A stretch of 64,000 nucleotides of DNA from Balanoglossus misakiensis. Its lineage: Eukaryota; Animalia; Hemichordata. A program made the translations under genes and the position numbers. Under the pieces are notes generated by a model. It did no database searches, was not told the origin of the DNA, and saw nothing but the letters and a program-made list of their open reading frames with translations. This document shows, one piece after another, positions 46,201-61,200 of this stretch (its first letter is position 1; the number at the start of each line of letters is the position of its first letter). The DNA lies in assembly GCA_040954595.2 (NCBI GenBank), contig CM082576.2:20011028-20075027 (forward strand), read 5' to 3'.

Positions 46201-49200
46201 TTGTCCAAAATTAGCTGATATCTAATAAATGTAGTATTGAACCGTTCTGTTCCCCCCCTACATTATATGCGGTACACCGATGTCAGCTTACCCGGCAGTA
46301 CTGCAGGCCGTGCCCCCAACTAACGTCGGTGTTTGAAACGCCCTGGTTAAATTCGGGCTTTCTCTATAAATTGACAGGCAATAATGCAGTCCTACCGGAA
46401 CAAATGTCGAGTGTTGACCCGCTGTGACTTTCCCTCTTCGGTTTGCCCGACTTAGCCAACGTCTTTGTACTAGAGTGTCGGGTCTTTTGGAGAGCCAGGC
46501 CGAAGGAAATCCGACTTGATCACCGTTGCTAACGAACGCTAGTGTCTGTCATGGTGTGCCGGGGTTTTAGTCGAGCCAGGCCGTAGGAAATCCGACTTGA
46601 TCACCGTTGCTAACGAACGCTAGTGTCTGTCATGGTGTGCCGGGGTTTTAGTCGAGCCAGGCCGTAGGAAATCCGACGTAATCACCGTTGATAACTTACG
46701 CCAGTCTGTGTCATATAGAGCCGGTGCACCAGCCGAGTCACGCCGTAGGAAATCTTACTTGATCAACGTGGTCAATGTACGCCTGTTTCTGCTCTAGAGT
46801 GCCGGGGCTTCAGCTGAGCCAGGCCGTAGGAAACCCGACGTGATTACCGTTGTTAACTTACGCCAGTTTGTGTCCTATATATAGTGCCGGGGCATCAGCC
46901 GTGCCAGGCCGAAGGAAATGTGAGTAGATCAACGTGGTCTCTGTACGCGTGTTTCTGCTCTAGAGTGTCAGGGCTTTAGCCAAGCCATGCCGTAGGAAAT
47001 CTGACTTGATCACCGTTGCTAACGAACGCTAGTGTCTGTCATAGTGTGCCGGGGTTTTAGTCGAGCCAAGCCGTAGGAGATCAGACTTGATCAACGTGGT
47101 CTCTGTACGCGTGTTTCTGCTCTAGAGTGCCGGGGCTTTATCCAAGCCATGCCGTAGAAAATCTGACTTGATCACCGTTGCTAACGTACGCTAGTGTCTG
47201 TCATATTGTGACGGAGATTTAGCCGAGCCAGGCCGTAGAAAAATCGACTTGTTCAACGTTACCAGTGTGCAACTGTTTCTGTTCTAGAGTGTCAGGGTTT
47301 TAGCCGACTTGTAGGAAATCTGAGTTGATGAACGGGAATTCAATGTTCGAAAACCCGTGTGGAAAGTATCTCTACCCGTTTGGAACTAAGAAAAGAATTT
47401 ATTCTTATTTATTTTGTAAAAAAAGACAATTTTTCGAAAAAAAGTCGAAAAATGGTAATTTTGTCTTGGGTGATTCAAATTATACCGCCTTTTCTGGAAT
47501 TTGCAGCACTTTTTACAAGAGAACGACACTTCATGCTCCATAATATTTCCGAAAATGAAGAAAAGAGTTAATTTTTTATGATTTTTCAAAAATGTACCAT
47601 TTTTGTCAAAATATGGCCAAAATGGCTATTTTTTCTTGAATTCCGTCAATATCTCTGCATTTTTGGAGTGGTCGAAAGTTTTAACATACAATCAACATGT
47701 TATATATGATCAGGCACTAAATTCGAAGAACAAAGGTTTTTTATTTTTTTTCTAAAATGACATTTTCAAGGAAAATTGGTAAAACGCAATTTTGTCTGCA
47801 GTGAGCCAAATTAGACGGTCTTTTGTGGAATTTGTATCGATATATACATACGAAGAGCATTCTATACTCCATCAGATTTCCGAAAGTGTAGAAAACAGGT
47901 ATGTTTTGTAATTTTCAAAAATTTACCATTTTGACCAAATTGTGGCTAAAATTGTTATTTTCGTGTTGAATGCCGCCAGTGTCACTGCTTTTAAAAGTCA
48001 TAAAAACTTTTAACATACAAGCAATTGTTTATATATGATCAGGTCACCGAATTAAAAAAATAAAGAATGTTTGACTAAAAATGACCTTTTTGGTGCAAAA
48101 ACGAATAAAACGCAATTTTGTATTAAATCAGCTCATTCAGACTGCATTTTTATAATCAGCACCATTTTTACATATAATGGAAATTTCATACATCATCAGA
48201 TATCCAAATATGAAAAGATGATTTACATTTTAGATGATTGTCCAAAATTAGCTGATATCTAATAAATGTAGTATTGAACCGTTCTGTTCCCCCCCCCCCC
48301 TTACATTATATGCGGTACGCCGATGTCAGCTTACCCGGCAGTACTGTAGGCCGTGCCCCCAACAAACGTCGGTGTTTGAAACGCCCTGGTTAAATTCGGG
48401 CTCTCTCTATAAATCGACAGGCAATAATGCAGTCCTACCGGAACAAATGTCAAGTGTTGAACCGCTGTGACTTTCCCTGTTCGGTTTGCCCGACTTAGCC
48501 AACGTCTTTGTACTAGAGTGTCGGGTCTTTTGCAGAGCCAGGCCGAAGGAAATTCAACTTGATCACCGTTGCTAACGAACGCTAGTGTCTGTCATGGTGT
48601 GCCGGGGTTTTAGTCGAGCCAGGCCGTAGGAGATCTGACTTGATCATCGTGGTCAATGTACGCGTGTTTCCGCTCTAAAGTGCCGGGACTTCAGCTAAAC
48701 CAGGCCGTAGGAAATCCGACGTAATCACCGTTGATAACTTACGCCAGTCTGTGTCATATAGAGCCGGTGCACCAGCCGAGTCACGCCGTAGAAAATCTGA
48801 CTTGATCAACGTGGTCAATGTACGCCTGTTTCTGCTCTAGAGTGCCGGGGCTTCAGCTGAGCCAGGCCGTAGGAAACCCGACGTGATTACCGTTGTTAAC
48901 TTACGCCAGTCTGTGTCCTATATATAGTGCCGGGGCATCAGCCGTGCCAGGCCGAAGGAAATGTGAGAAGATCAACGTGGTCTCTGTACGCGTGTTTCTG
49001 CTCTAGAGTGCCAGGGTTTTAGCTAAGCCATGCCGTAGGAAATCTGACTTGATCAACGTTGCTAAGGAACGCTAGTGTCTGTCATAGTGTGCCGGGGTTT
49101 TAGTCGAGCCAAGCCGTAGGAGATCAGACTTGATCAACGTAGTCTCTGTACGCGTGTTTCTTCTCTAGAGTGCCGGGGCTTCAGCTGAGCCAGGCCGTAG

Positions 49201-52200
49201 GAAACCCATGCCGTAGAAAATCTGACTTGATCACCGTTCCTAACGTACGCTTGTGTCTGTCATATTGTGACGGAGATTTATTCGAGCCAGGCCGTAGAAA
49301 AATCGACTTGTTCAACGTTACCAGTGTGCAACTGTTTCTGCTCTAGAGTGTCAGGGTTTTAGCCGACTTATGCTGTAGGAAATCTGAGTTGATGAACGGG
49401 AATTCAATGTTAGAAAACCCGTGTGGAAAGTATCTCTACCCGTTTGAAACTAAGAAAAGAATTCATTCTTATTTATTTTGTAAAAAAGACAATTTTTCGA
49501 AAAAAAGTCGAAAATGGTAATTTTGTCTTGGGTGATTCAAATTATACCACCTTTTCTGGAATTTGCAGCACTTTTTACAAGAGAACGACACTTCATGCTC
49601 CATAATATTTCCGAAAATGAAGAAAAGAGTTAATTTTTTATGATTTTTTAAAAATTTACCATTTGTGTCAAAATATGGCCAAAATGGCTATTTTTCTTGA
49701 ATTCCGTCAATATCTCTGCATTTTTGGAGTGGTCGAAAGTTTTAACATACAATCAACATGTCATATATGATCAGGGCACCAAAGGAAGAACAAAGGTTTT
49801 TTTATTTTATTATCTAAAAATGACATTTTCAAGGAAAATTTGGTAAAACGCAATTTTGTCTGCAGTGAGCCAAATTTGACGGTCTTTTGTGGAATTTGTA
49901 TCGATATATACATACGAAGAGCATTCTATACTCCATCAGATTTCCGAAAATGTAGAAAACAGGTATTTTTTGTAATTTTCAAAAATTTACCATTTTGAAC
50001 AAATTGTGGCTAAAATTGTTATTTTCGTGTTGAATGCCGCCAGTGTCACTGATTTTAAAAGTCATAAAAACTTTTAACATACAAGCAATTGTTTATATAT
50101 GATCAGGTCACCGAATTAAAAAAATAAAGAATGTTTTGCCTAAAAATGACCTTTTTGGTGCAAAAACGAATAAAACGCAATTTTGTATTAAATCAGCTCA
50201 TTCAGAGTGCATTTTTTATAATCAGCACCATTTTTACATATAATGGAAATGTCATACATCATCAGATATCCAAATATGAAAAAATGATTTAGATTTTAGA
50301 TGATTGTCCAAAATTAGCTGATATCTAATAAATGTAGTATTGAACCGTTCTGTTCCCCCCACCCCAACATTATATGCGGTACGCCGATGTCAGCTTACCA
50401 GGCAGTACTGCAGGCCGTGCCCCCAACTAACGACGGTGTTCGAAACGCCCTGGTTAAATTCGGGCTTTCTCTATAAATTGACAGGCAATAATGCAGTCCT
50501 ACCCGACCAAATGTCGAGTGTTGACCCACTGTGACTTTCCTTCTTCGGTTTGCCCGACTTAGCCAACGTCTTTGTACTAGAGTGTCGGGTCTTTTGCAGA
50601 GCCAGGCCGAAGGAAATCCGACTTGATCACCGTTGCTAACGAACGCTAGTGTCTGTCATGGTGTGCCGGGGTTTTAGTCGAGCCAGGCCGTACGAGATCT
50701 GACTTGATCATCGTGGTCTATGTAAGCGTGTTTCCGCTCTAAAGTGCCGGGGTTTCAGCTAAACCAGGCCGTAGGAAATCCGACGTAATCACCGTTGATA
50801 ACTTACGACAGTCTGTGTCATATAGAGCCGGTGCACCAGCCGAGTCACGCCGTAGGAAATCTGACTTGATCAACGTGGTCAATGTACGCCTGTTTCTGCT
50901 CTAGAGTGCCGGGGCTTCAGCTGAGCCAGGCCGTAGGAAACCCGACGTGATTACCGTTGTTAACTTACGCCAGTCTGTGTCCTATATATAGTGCCGGGGC
51001 ATCAGCCGTGCCAGGCCGAAGGAAATGTGAGTAGATCAACGTGGTCTCTGTACTCGTGTTTCTGCTCTAGAGTGTCAGGGCTTTAGCAAAGCCATGCCGT
51101 AGGAAATCTGTCTTGATCAACGTTGCTAACGAACGCTAGTGTCTGTCATAGTGTGCCGGGGTTTTAGTCGAGCCAAGCCGTAGGAGATCAGACTTGATCA
51201 ACGTGGTCTCTGTACGCGTGTTTCTGCTCTAGAGTGCCGGGGCTTTATCCAAGCCATGCCGTAGAAAATCTGACTTGATCACCGTTGCTAACGTACGCTA
51301 GTGTCTGTCATATTGTGACGGAGATTTAGCCGAGCCAGGCTGTAAAAAAATCGACTTGTTCAACGTTACCAGTGTGCAACTGTTTCTGCTCTAGAGTGTC
51401 AGGGTTTTGGCCGATTTATGCTGTAGGAAATCAGAGCTGATGAACGGGAATTCAATGTTAGAAAACCCGTGTGGAAAGTGTCTCTACCCGTTTGAAACTA
51501 AGAAAGAAATTTATTTTTATTTATTTTGTAAAAAAGACAATTTTTCGAAAAAAAAGGCGAAAATTGTAATTTTGTCATGTGTGATTCAAATTATACCACC
51601 TTTTCTGGAATTTGCAGCACTTTTTACAAGAGAACGACACTTCATGCTCCATAATATTTCCGAAAATGAAGAAAAGAGTTATTTTTTATGATTTTTTAAA
51701 AATTTACCATTTTTGTCAAAATATGGCCAACATGGCTATTTTTTCTTGAATTCCGTCAATATCTCTGCTTTTTTGGAGTGGTCGAAAGTTTTAACATACA
51801 ATCAACATGTCATATATGATCGGGGCACCAAATTCGTAGAACAAAGGTTTTTTTATTTTTTTTTCTAAAAATGACATTTTCAAGGAAAATTTGGTAAAAC
51901 GAAATTTTGTCTGCAGTGAGCCAAATTAGACGGTCTTTTGTGGAATTTGTATCGATATATACATACGAAGAGCATTCTATACTCCATCAGATTTCCGAAA
52001 ATGTAGAAAACAGGTATTTTTTGTAATTTTGAAAAAATTTTCCATTTTGACCAAATTGTGGCTAAAATTGTTATTTTCGTGTTGGTGCCGCCAGTGTCAC
52101 TGCTTTTAAAAGTCATAAAAACTTTTAACATACAAGTAATTCTTTATATATGATCAGGTCACCGAATTAAAAAAATAAAGAATGTTTTGCCTAAAAATGA

Positions 52201-55200
52201 CCTTTTAGGTGCAAAAACGAATAAAACGTAATTTTGTATTAAATCAGCTCATTCAGAGTGCATTTTTATAATCAGCACCATTTTTACATATAATGGAAAT
52301 TTCATACATCATCAGATATCCAAATATGAAAAAATGATTTAGATTTTAGATGATTGTCCAAAATTAGCTGATATCTAATAAATGTAGTATTGAACCGTTC
52401 TGTTCCCCCCCCCCCCCTACATTATATGCGGTACGCCGATGTCAGCTTACCCGGCAGTACTGCAGGCCGTGCCCCCAACTAACGTCGGTTTTTGAAACGC
52501 CCTGGTTAAATTCGGGCTTTCTCTATAAATTGACAGGCAATAATGCAGTCCTACCCGAACAAATGTCGAGTGTTGACCCACTGTGACTTTCCCTCTTCGG
52601 TTTGCCCGACTTAGCCAACGTCTTTGTACTAGAGTGTCGGGTCTTTTGCAGAGCCAGGCCGAAGGAAATCCGACTTGATCACCGTTGCTAACGAACGCTA
52701 GTGTCTGTCATGGTGTGCCGGGGTTTTAGTCGAGCCAGGCCGTACGAGATCTGACTTGATCATCGTGGTCTATGTAAGCGTGTTTCCGCTCTAAAGTGCC
52801 GGGGTTTCAGCTAAACCAGGCCGTAGGAAATCCGACGTAATCACCGTTGATAACTTACGACAGTCTGTGTCATATAGAGCCGGTGCACCAGCCGAGTCAC
52901 CCGTAGGAAATCTGACTTGATCAACGTGGTCAATGTACGCCTGTTTCTGCTCTAGAGTGCCGGGGCTTCAGCTGAGCCAGGCCGTAGGAAACCCGACGTG
53001 ATTACCGTTGTTAACTTACGCCAGTCTGTGTCCTATATATAGTGCCGGGGCATCAGCCGTGCCAGGCCGAAGGAAATGTGAGTAGATCAACGTGGTCTCT
53101 GTACTCGTGTTTCTGCTCTAGAGTGCCAGGGTTTTAGCTAAGCCATGCCGTAGGAAATCTGACTTGATCAACGTTGCTAAGGAACGCTAGTGTCTGTCAT
53201 AGTGTGCCGGGGTTTTAGTCGAGCCAAGCCGTAGGAGATCAGACTTGATCAACGTAGTCTCTGTACGCGTGTTTCTGCTCTAGAGTGCCGGGGCTTTATC
53301 CAAGCCATGCCGTAGAAAATCTGACTTGATCACCGTTGCTAACGTACGCTAGTGTCTGTCATATTGTGACGGAGATTTAGCCGAGCCAGGCCGTAGAAAA
53401 ATCGACTTGTTCAACGTTAACATTTGTGCAACTGTTTCTGCTCTAGAGTGTCAGGGTTTTAGCCGACTTATGCTAGAGGAAATCTGAGTTGATGAACGGT
53501 AATTCATTGTTAGAAAACCCGTGGAAAGTATCTCTACCCGTTTGAAACTAAGAAAAGAATGTATTCTTATTTATTTTGTAAAAAAGACAATTTTTCGAAA
53601 AAAAGTCGAAAATGGTAATTTTGTCTTGGGTGATTCAAATTATACCGCCTTTTCTGGAATTTGCAGCACTTTTTACAAGAGAACGACACTTCATGCTCCA
53701 TTATATTTCCGAAAATGAAGAAAAGAGTTAATTTTTTATGATTTTTTCAAAATTTACCATTTTTGTTAAAATATGGCCAAAATGGCTATTTTTTCTTGAA
53801 TTCCGTCAATATCTCTGCATTTTTGGAGTGGTCGAAAGTTTCAACATACAATCAACATGTCATATATGATCAGGGCACCAAATTCGATGAACAAAGGTTT
53901 TTTTATTTTTTTTTCTAAAAATGACATTTTCAAGGAAAATTTGGTAAAACGCAATTTTGTCTGCAGTGAGCCAAATTAGACGGTCTTTTGTGGAATTTGT
54001 ATCGATATATACATATGAAGAGCATTCTATACTCCATCAGATTTCCGAAAATGTAGAAAACATGTAATTTTTGTAATTTTCAAAAATTTACCATTTTGAC
54101 CAAATTGTGGCTAAAATTGTTATTTTCGTGTTGAATGCCGCCAGTGTCACTGCTTTTAAAAGTCATAAAAACTTTCAACATACAAGCAATTGTTTATATA
54201 TGATCAGGTCACCGAATTATAAAAATGAAGAATGTTTTGCCTAAAAATGACCTTTTTGGTGCAAAAACGAATAAAACGCAATTTTGTATTAAATCAGCTC
54301 ATTCAGAGTGCATTTTTTATAATCAGCACCATTTTTACATATAATGGAAATTTCATACATCATCAGATATCCAAATATGAAAAAATGATTTAGATTTTAG
54401 ATGATTGTCCAAAATTAGCTGATATGTAATAAATGTAGTATTGAACCGTTCTGTTCCCCCCCCCCCTACATTATATGCGGTACGCCGATGTCAGCTTACC
54501 AGGCAGTACTGCAGGCCGTGCCCCCAACTAACGTCGGTGTTTGAAACGCCCTGGTTAAATTCGGGCTTTCTCTATAAATTGACAGGCAATAATGCAGTCC
54601 TACCCGAACAAATGTCGAGTGTTGACCCGCTGTGACTTTCCCTCTTCGGTTTGCCCGACTTAGCCAACGTCTTTGTACTAGAGTGTCGGGTCTTTTGCAG
54701 AGCCAGGCCGATGGAAATCCGACTTGATCACCGTTGCTAACGAACGCTAGTGTCTGTCATGGTGTGCCGCGGTTTTAGTCGAGCTAGGCCGTACGAGATC
54801 TGACTTGATCATCGTGGTCTATGTAAGCGTGTTTCCGCTCAAAAGTGCCGGGGTTTCAGCTAAACCAGGCCGTAGGAAATCCGACGTAATCACCGTTGAT
54901 AACTTACGACAGTCTGTGTCATATAGAGCCGGTGCACCAGCCGAGTCACGCCGTAGGAAATCTGACTTGATCAACGTGGTCAATGTACGCCTGTTTCTGC
55001 TCTAGAGTGCCGGGGCTTCAGCTGAGCCAGGCCGTAGGAAACCCGACGTGATTACCGTTGTTAACTTACGCCAGTCTGTGTCCTATATATAGTGCCGGGG
55101 CATCAGCCGTGCCAGGCCGAAGGAAATGTGAGTAGATCAACGTGGTCTCTGTACTCGTGTTTCTGCACTAGAGTGTCAGGGCTTTAGCAAAGCCATGCCG

Positions 55201-58200
55201 TAGGAAATCTGTCTTGATCAACGTTGCTAACGAACGCTAGTGTCTGTCATAGTGTGCCAGGGTTTTTAGTCGAGCCAAGCCGTAGGAGATCAGACTTGAT
55301 CAACGTGGTCTCTGTACGCGTGTTTCTGCTCTAGAGTGCCGGGGCTTTATCCAAGCCATGCCGTAGAAAATCTGACTTGATCACCGTTGCTAACGTACGC
55401 TAGTGTCTGTCATATTGTGACGGAGATTTAGCCGAGCCAGGCTGTAAAAAAATCGACTTGTTCAACGTTACCAGTGTGCAACTGTTTCTGCTCTAGAGTG
55501 TCAGGGTTTTAGCCGATTTATGCTGTAGGAAATCAGAGCTGATGAACGGGAATTCAATGTTAGAAAACCCGTGTGGAAAGTGTCTCTACCCGTTTGAAAC
55601 TAAGAAAGGAATTTATTTTTATTTATTTTGTAAAAAAGACAATTTTTCGAGAAAAAAAGGCGAAAATGGTAATTTTGTCATGTGTGATTCAAATTATACC
55701 ACCTTTTCTGGAATTTGCAGCACTTTTTACAAGAGAACGACACTTCATGCTCCATAATATTTCCGAAAATGAAGAAAAGAGTTATTTTTTATGATTTTTT
55801 AAAAATTTACCATTTTTGTCAAAATATGGCCAACATGGCTATTTTTTCTTGAATTCCGTCAATATCTCTGCATTTTTTGAGTGGTCGAAAGTTTTAACAT
55901 ACAATCAACATGTCATATATGATCGGGGCACCAAATTCGTAGAACAAAGGTTTTTTTATTTTTTTTTCTAAAAATGACATTTTCAAGGAAAATTTGGTAA
56001 AACGAAATTTTGTCTGCAGTGAGCCAAATTAGACGGTCTTTTGTGGAATTTGTATCGATATATACATACGAAGAGCATTCTATACTCCATCAGATTTCCG
56101 AAAATGTAGAAAACAGGTATTTTTTGTAATTTTGAAAAAATTTTCCATTTTGACCAAATTGTGGCTAAAATTGTTATTTTCGTGTTGGTGCCGCCAGTGT
56201 CACTGCTTTTAAAAGTCATAAAAACTTTTAACATACAAGTAATTCCTTATATATGATCAGGTCACCGAATTAAAAAAATAAAGAATGTTTTGCCTAAAAA
56301 TGACCTTTTAGGTGCAAAAACGAATAAAACGTAATTTTGTATTAAATCAGCTCATTCAGAGTGCATTTTTTATAATCAGCACCATTTTTACATATAATGG
56401 AAATTTCATACATCATCAGATATCCAAATATGAAAAAATGATTTAGATTTTAGATGATTGTCCAAAATTAGCTGATATCTAATAAATGTAGTATTGAACC
56501 GTTCTGTTTCCCCCCCCCCCCCCTACATTATATGCGGTACACCGATGTCAGCTTACCCGGCAGTACTGCAGGCCGTGCCCCCAACTAACGTCGGTGTTTG
56601 AAACGCCCTGGTTAAATTCGGGCTTTCTCTATAAATTGGCAGGCAATAATGCAGTCCTACCCGAACAAATGTCGAGTGTTGACCCGCTGTGACTTTCCCT
56701 CTTCGGTTTGCCCGACTTAGCCAACGTCTTTGTACTAGAGTGTCGGGTCTTTTGCAGAGCCAGGCCGATGGAAATCCGACTTGATCACCGTTGCTAACGA
56801 ACGCTAGTGTCTGTCATGGTGTGCCGGGGTTTTAGTCGAGCCAGGCCGTACGAGATCTGACTTGATCATCGTGGTCTATGTAAGCGTGTTTCCGCTCTAA
56901 AGTGCCGGGGTTTCAGCTAAACCAGGCCGTAGGAAATCCGACGTAATCACCGTTGATAACTTACGACAGTCTGTGTCATATAGAGCCGGTGCACCAGCCG
57001 AGTCACGCCGTAGGAAATCTGACTTGATCAACGTGGTCAATGTACGCCTGTTTCTGCTCTAGAGTGCCGGGGCTTCAGCTGAGCCAGGCCGTAGGAAACC
57101 CGACGTGATTACCGTTGTTAACTTACGCCAGTCTGTGTCCTATATATAGTGCCGGGGCATCAGCCGTGCCAGGCCGAAGGAAATGTGAGTAGATCAACGT
57201 GGTCTCTGTACTCGTGTTTTTGCTCTAGAGTGTCAGGGCTTTAGCAAAGCCATGCCGTAGGAAATCTGTCTTGATCAACGTTGCTAACGAACGCTAGTGT
57301 CTGTCATAGTGTGCCGGGGTTTTTAGTCGAGCCAAGCCGTAGGAGATCAGACTTGATCAACGTGGTCTCTGTACGCGTGTTTCTTCTCTAGAGTGCCGGG
57401 GCTTTATCCAAGCCATGCCGTAGAAAATCTGACTTGATCACCGTTGCTAACGTACGCTAGTGTCTGTCATATTGTGACGGAGATTTGGCCGAGCCAGGCT
57501 GTAAAAAAATCGACTTGTTCAACGTTACCAGTGTGCAACTGTTTCTGCTCTAGAGTGTCAGGGTTTTAGCCGACTTGTAGGAAATCTGAGTTGATGAACG
57601 GGAATTCAATGTTAGAAAACCCGTGTGGAAAGTATCTCTACCCGTTTGGAACTAAGAAAAGAATTTATTCTTATTTATTTTGTAAAAAAGACAATATTTC
57701 GAAAAAAAGTCGAAAATGGTAATTATTGTCTTGGGTGATTCAAATTATACCGCCTTTTCTGGAATTTGCAGCACTTTTTACAAGAGAACGACACTTCATG
57801 CTCCATAATATTTCCGAAAATGAAGAAAAGAGTTAATTTTTTATGATTTTTTAAAAATTTACCATTTTTGTCAAAATATGGCCAACATGGCTATTTTTTC
57901 TTGAATTCCGTCAATATCTCTGCATTTTTGGAGTGGTCGAAAGTTTTAACATACAATCAACATGTCATATATGATCGGGGCACCAAATTCGTAGAACAAA
58001 GGTTTTTTTATTTTTTTTTCTAAAAATGACATTTTCAAGGAAAATTTGGTAAAACGCAATTTTGTCTGCAGTGAGCCAAATTAGACGGTCTTTTGTGGAA
58101 TTTGTATCGATATATACATACGAAGAGCATTCTATACTCCATCAGTTTTCCGAAAATGTAGAAAACAGGTATTTTTTGTAATTTTGAAAAAATTTTCCAT

Positions 58201-61200
58201 TTTGACCAAATTGTGGCTAAAATTGTTATTTTCGTGTTGGTGCCGCCAGTGTCACTGCTTTTAAAAGTCATAAAAACTTTTAACATACAAGTAATTCTTT
58301 ATATATGATCAGGTCACCGAATTAAAAAAATAAAGAATGTTTTGCCTAAAAATGACCTTTTAGGTGCAAAAACGAATAAAACGTAATTTTGTATTAAATC
58401 AGCTCATTCAGAGTGCATTTTTTATAATCAGCACCATTTTTACATATAATGGAAATTTCATACATCATCAGATATCCAAATATGAAAAAATGATTTAGAT
58501 TTTAGATGATTGTCCAAAATTAGCTGATTTCTAATAAATTTAGTATTGAACCGTTCCGATCCGACTTGATCACCGTTGCTAACGAACGCTAGTGTCTGTC
58601 ATGGTGTGCCGGGGTTTTAGTCGAGCCAGGCCGTACGAGATCTGACTTGATCATCGTGGTCTATGTAAGCGTGTTTCCGCTCTAAAGTGCCGGGGTTTCA
58701 GCTAAACCAGGCCGTAGGAAATCCGACGTAATCACCGTTGATAACTTACGACAGTCTGTGTCATATAGAGCCGGTGCACCAGCCGAGTCACGCCGTAGGA
58801 AATCTGACTTGATCAACGTGGTCAATGTACGCCTGTTTCTGCTCTAGAGTGCCGGGGCTTCAGCTGAGCCAGGCCGTAGGAAACCCGACGTGATTACCGT
58901 TGTTAACTTACGCCAGTCTGTGTCCTATATATAGTGCCGGGGCATCAGCCGTGCCAGGCCGAAGGAAATGTGAGTAGATCAACGTGGTCTCTGTACTCGT
59001 GTTTTTGCTCTAGAGTGTCAGGGCTTTAGCAAAGCCATGCCGTAGGAAATCTGTCTTGATCAACGTTGCTAACGAACGCTAGTGTCTGTCATAGTGTGCC
59101 GGGGTTTTTAGTCGAGCCAAGCCGTAGGAGATCAGACTTGATCAACGTGGTCTCTGTACGCGTGTTTCTTCTCTAGAGTGCCGGGGCTTTATCCAAGCCA
59201 TGCCGTAGAAAATCTGACTTGATCACCGTTGCTAACGTACGCTAGTGTCTGTCATATTGTGACGGAGATTTGGCCGAGCCAGGCTGTAAAAAAATCGACT
59301 TGTTCAACGTTACCAGTGTGCAACTGTTTCTGCTCTAGAGTGTCAGGGTTTTAGCCGACTTGTAGGAAATCTGAGTTGATGAACGGGAATTCAATGTTAG
59401 AAAACCCGTGTGGAAAGTATCTCTACCCGTTTGGAACTAAGAAAAGAATTTATTCTTATTTATTTTGTAAAAAAGACAATATTTCGAAAAAAAGTCGAAA
59501 ATGGTAATTATTGTCTTGGGTGATTCAAATTATACCGCCTTTTCTGGAATTTGCAGCACTTTTTACAAGAGAACGACACTTCATGCTCCATAATATTTCC
59601 GAAAATGAAGAAAAGAGTTAATTTTTTATGATTTTTTAAAAATTTACCATTTTTGTCAAAATATGGCCAACATGGCTATTTTTTCTTGAATTCCGTCAAT
59701 ATCTCTGCATTTTTGGAGTGGTCGAAAGTTTTAACATACAATCAACATGTCATATATGATCGGGGCACCAAATTCGTAGAACAAAGGTTTTTTTATTTTT
59801 TTTTCTAAAAATGACATTTTCAAGGAAAATTTGGTAAAACGCAATTTTGTCTGCAGTGAGCCAAATTAGACGGTCTTTTGTGGAATTTGTATCGATATAT
59901 ACATACGAAGAGCATTCTATACTCCATCAGTTTTCCGAAAATGTAGAAAACAGGTATTTTTTGTAATTTTGAAAAAATTTTCCATTTTGACCAAATTGTG
60001 GCTAAAATTGTTATTTTCGTGTTGGTGCCGCCAGTGTCACTGCTTTTAAAAGTCATAAAAACTTTTAACATACAAGTAATTCTTTATATATGATCAGGTC
60101 ACCGAATTAAAAAAATAAAGAATGTTTTGCCTAAAAATGACCTTTTAGGTGCAAAAACGAATAAAACGTAATTTTGTATTAAATCAGCTCATTCAGAGTG
60201 CATTTTTTATAATCAGCACCATTTTTACATATAATGGAAATTTCATACATCATCAGATATCCAAATATGAAAAAATGATTTAGATTTTAGATGATTGTCC
60301 AAAATTAGCTGATTTCTAATAAATTTAGTATTGAACCGTTCCGATCCGACTTGATCACCGTTGCTAACGAACGCTAGTGTCTGTCATGGTGTGCCGGGGT
60401 TTTAGTCGAGCCAGGCCGTACGAGATCTGACTTGATCATCGTGGTCTATGTAAGCGTGTTTCCGCTCTAAAGTGCCGGGGTTTCAGCTAAACCAGGCCGT
60501 AGGAAATCCGACGTAATCACCGTTGATAACTTACGACAGTCTGTGTCATATAGAGCCGGTGCACCAGCCGAGTCACGCCGTAGGAAATCTGACTTGATCA
60601 ACGTGGTCAATGTACGCCTGTTTCTGCTCTAGAGTGCCGGGGCTTCAACTGAGCCAGGCCGTAGGAAACCCGACGTGATTACCGTTGTTAACTAACGCCA
60701 GTCTGTGTCCTATATATAGTGCCGGGGCATCAGCCGTGCCAGGCCGAAGGAAATGTGAGTAGATCAACGTGGTCTCTGTACTCATGTTTCTGCTCTAGAG
60801 TGTCAGGGCTTTAGCAAAGCCATGCCGTAGGAAATCTGTCTTGATCAACGTTGCTAACGAACGCTAGTGTCTGTCATAGTGTGCCGGGGTTTTTAGTCGA
60901 GCCAAGCCGTAGGAGATCAGACTTGATCAACGTGGTCTCTGTACGCGTGTTTCTGCTCTAGAGTGCCGGGGCTTTATCCAAGCCATGCCGTAGAAAATCT
61001 GACTTGATCACCTTTGCTAACGTACGCTAGTGTCTGTCATATTGTGACGGAGATTTAGCCGAGCCAGGCTGTAAAAAAATCGACTTGTTCAACGTTACCA
61101 GTGTGCAAATGTTTCTGCTCTAGAGTGTCAGGGTTTTAGCCGACTTGTAGGAAATCTGAGTTGATGAACGGGAATTCAATGTTAGAAAACCCGTGTGGAA

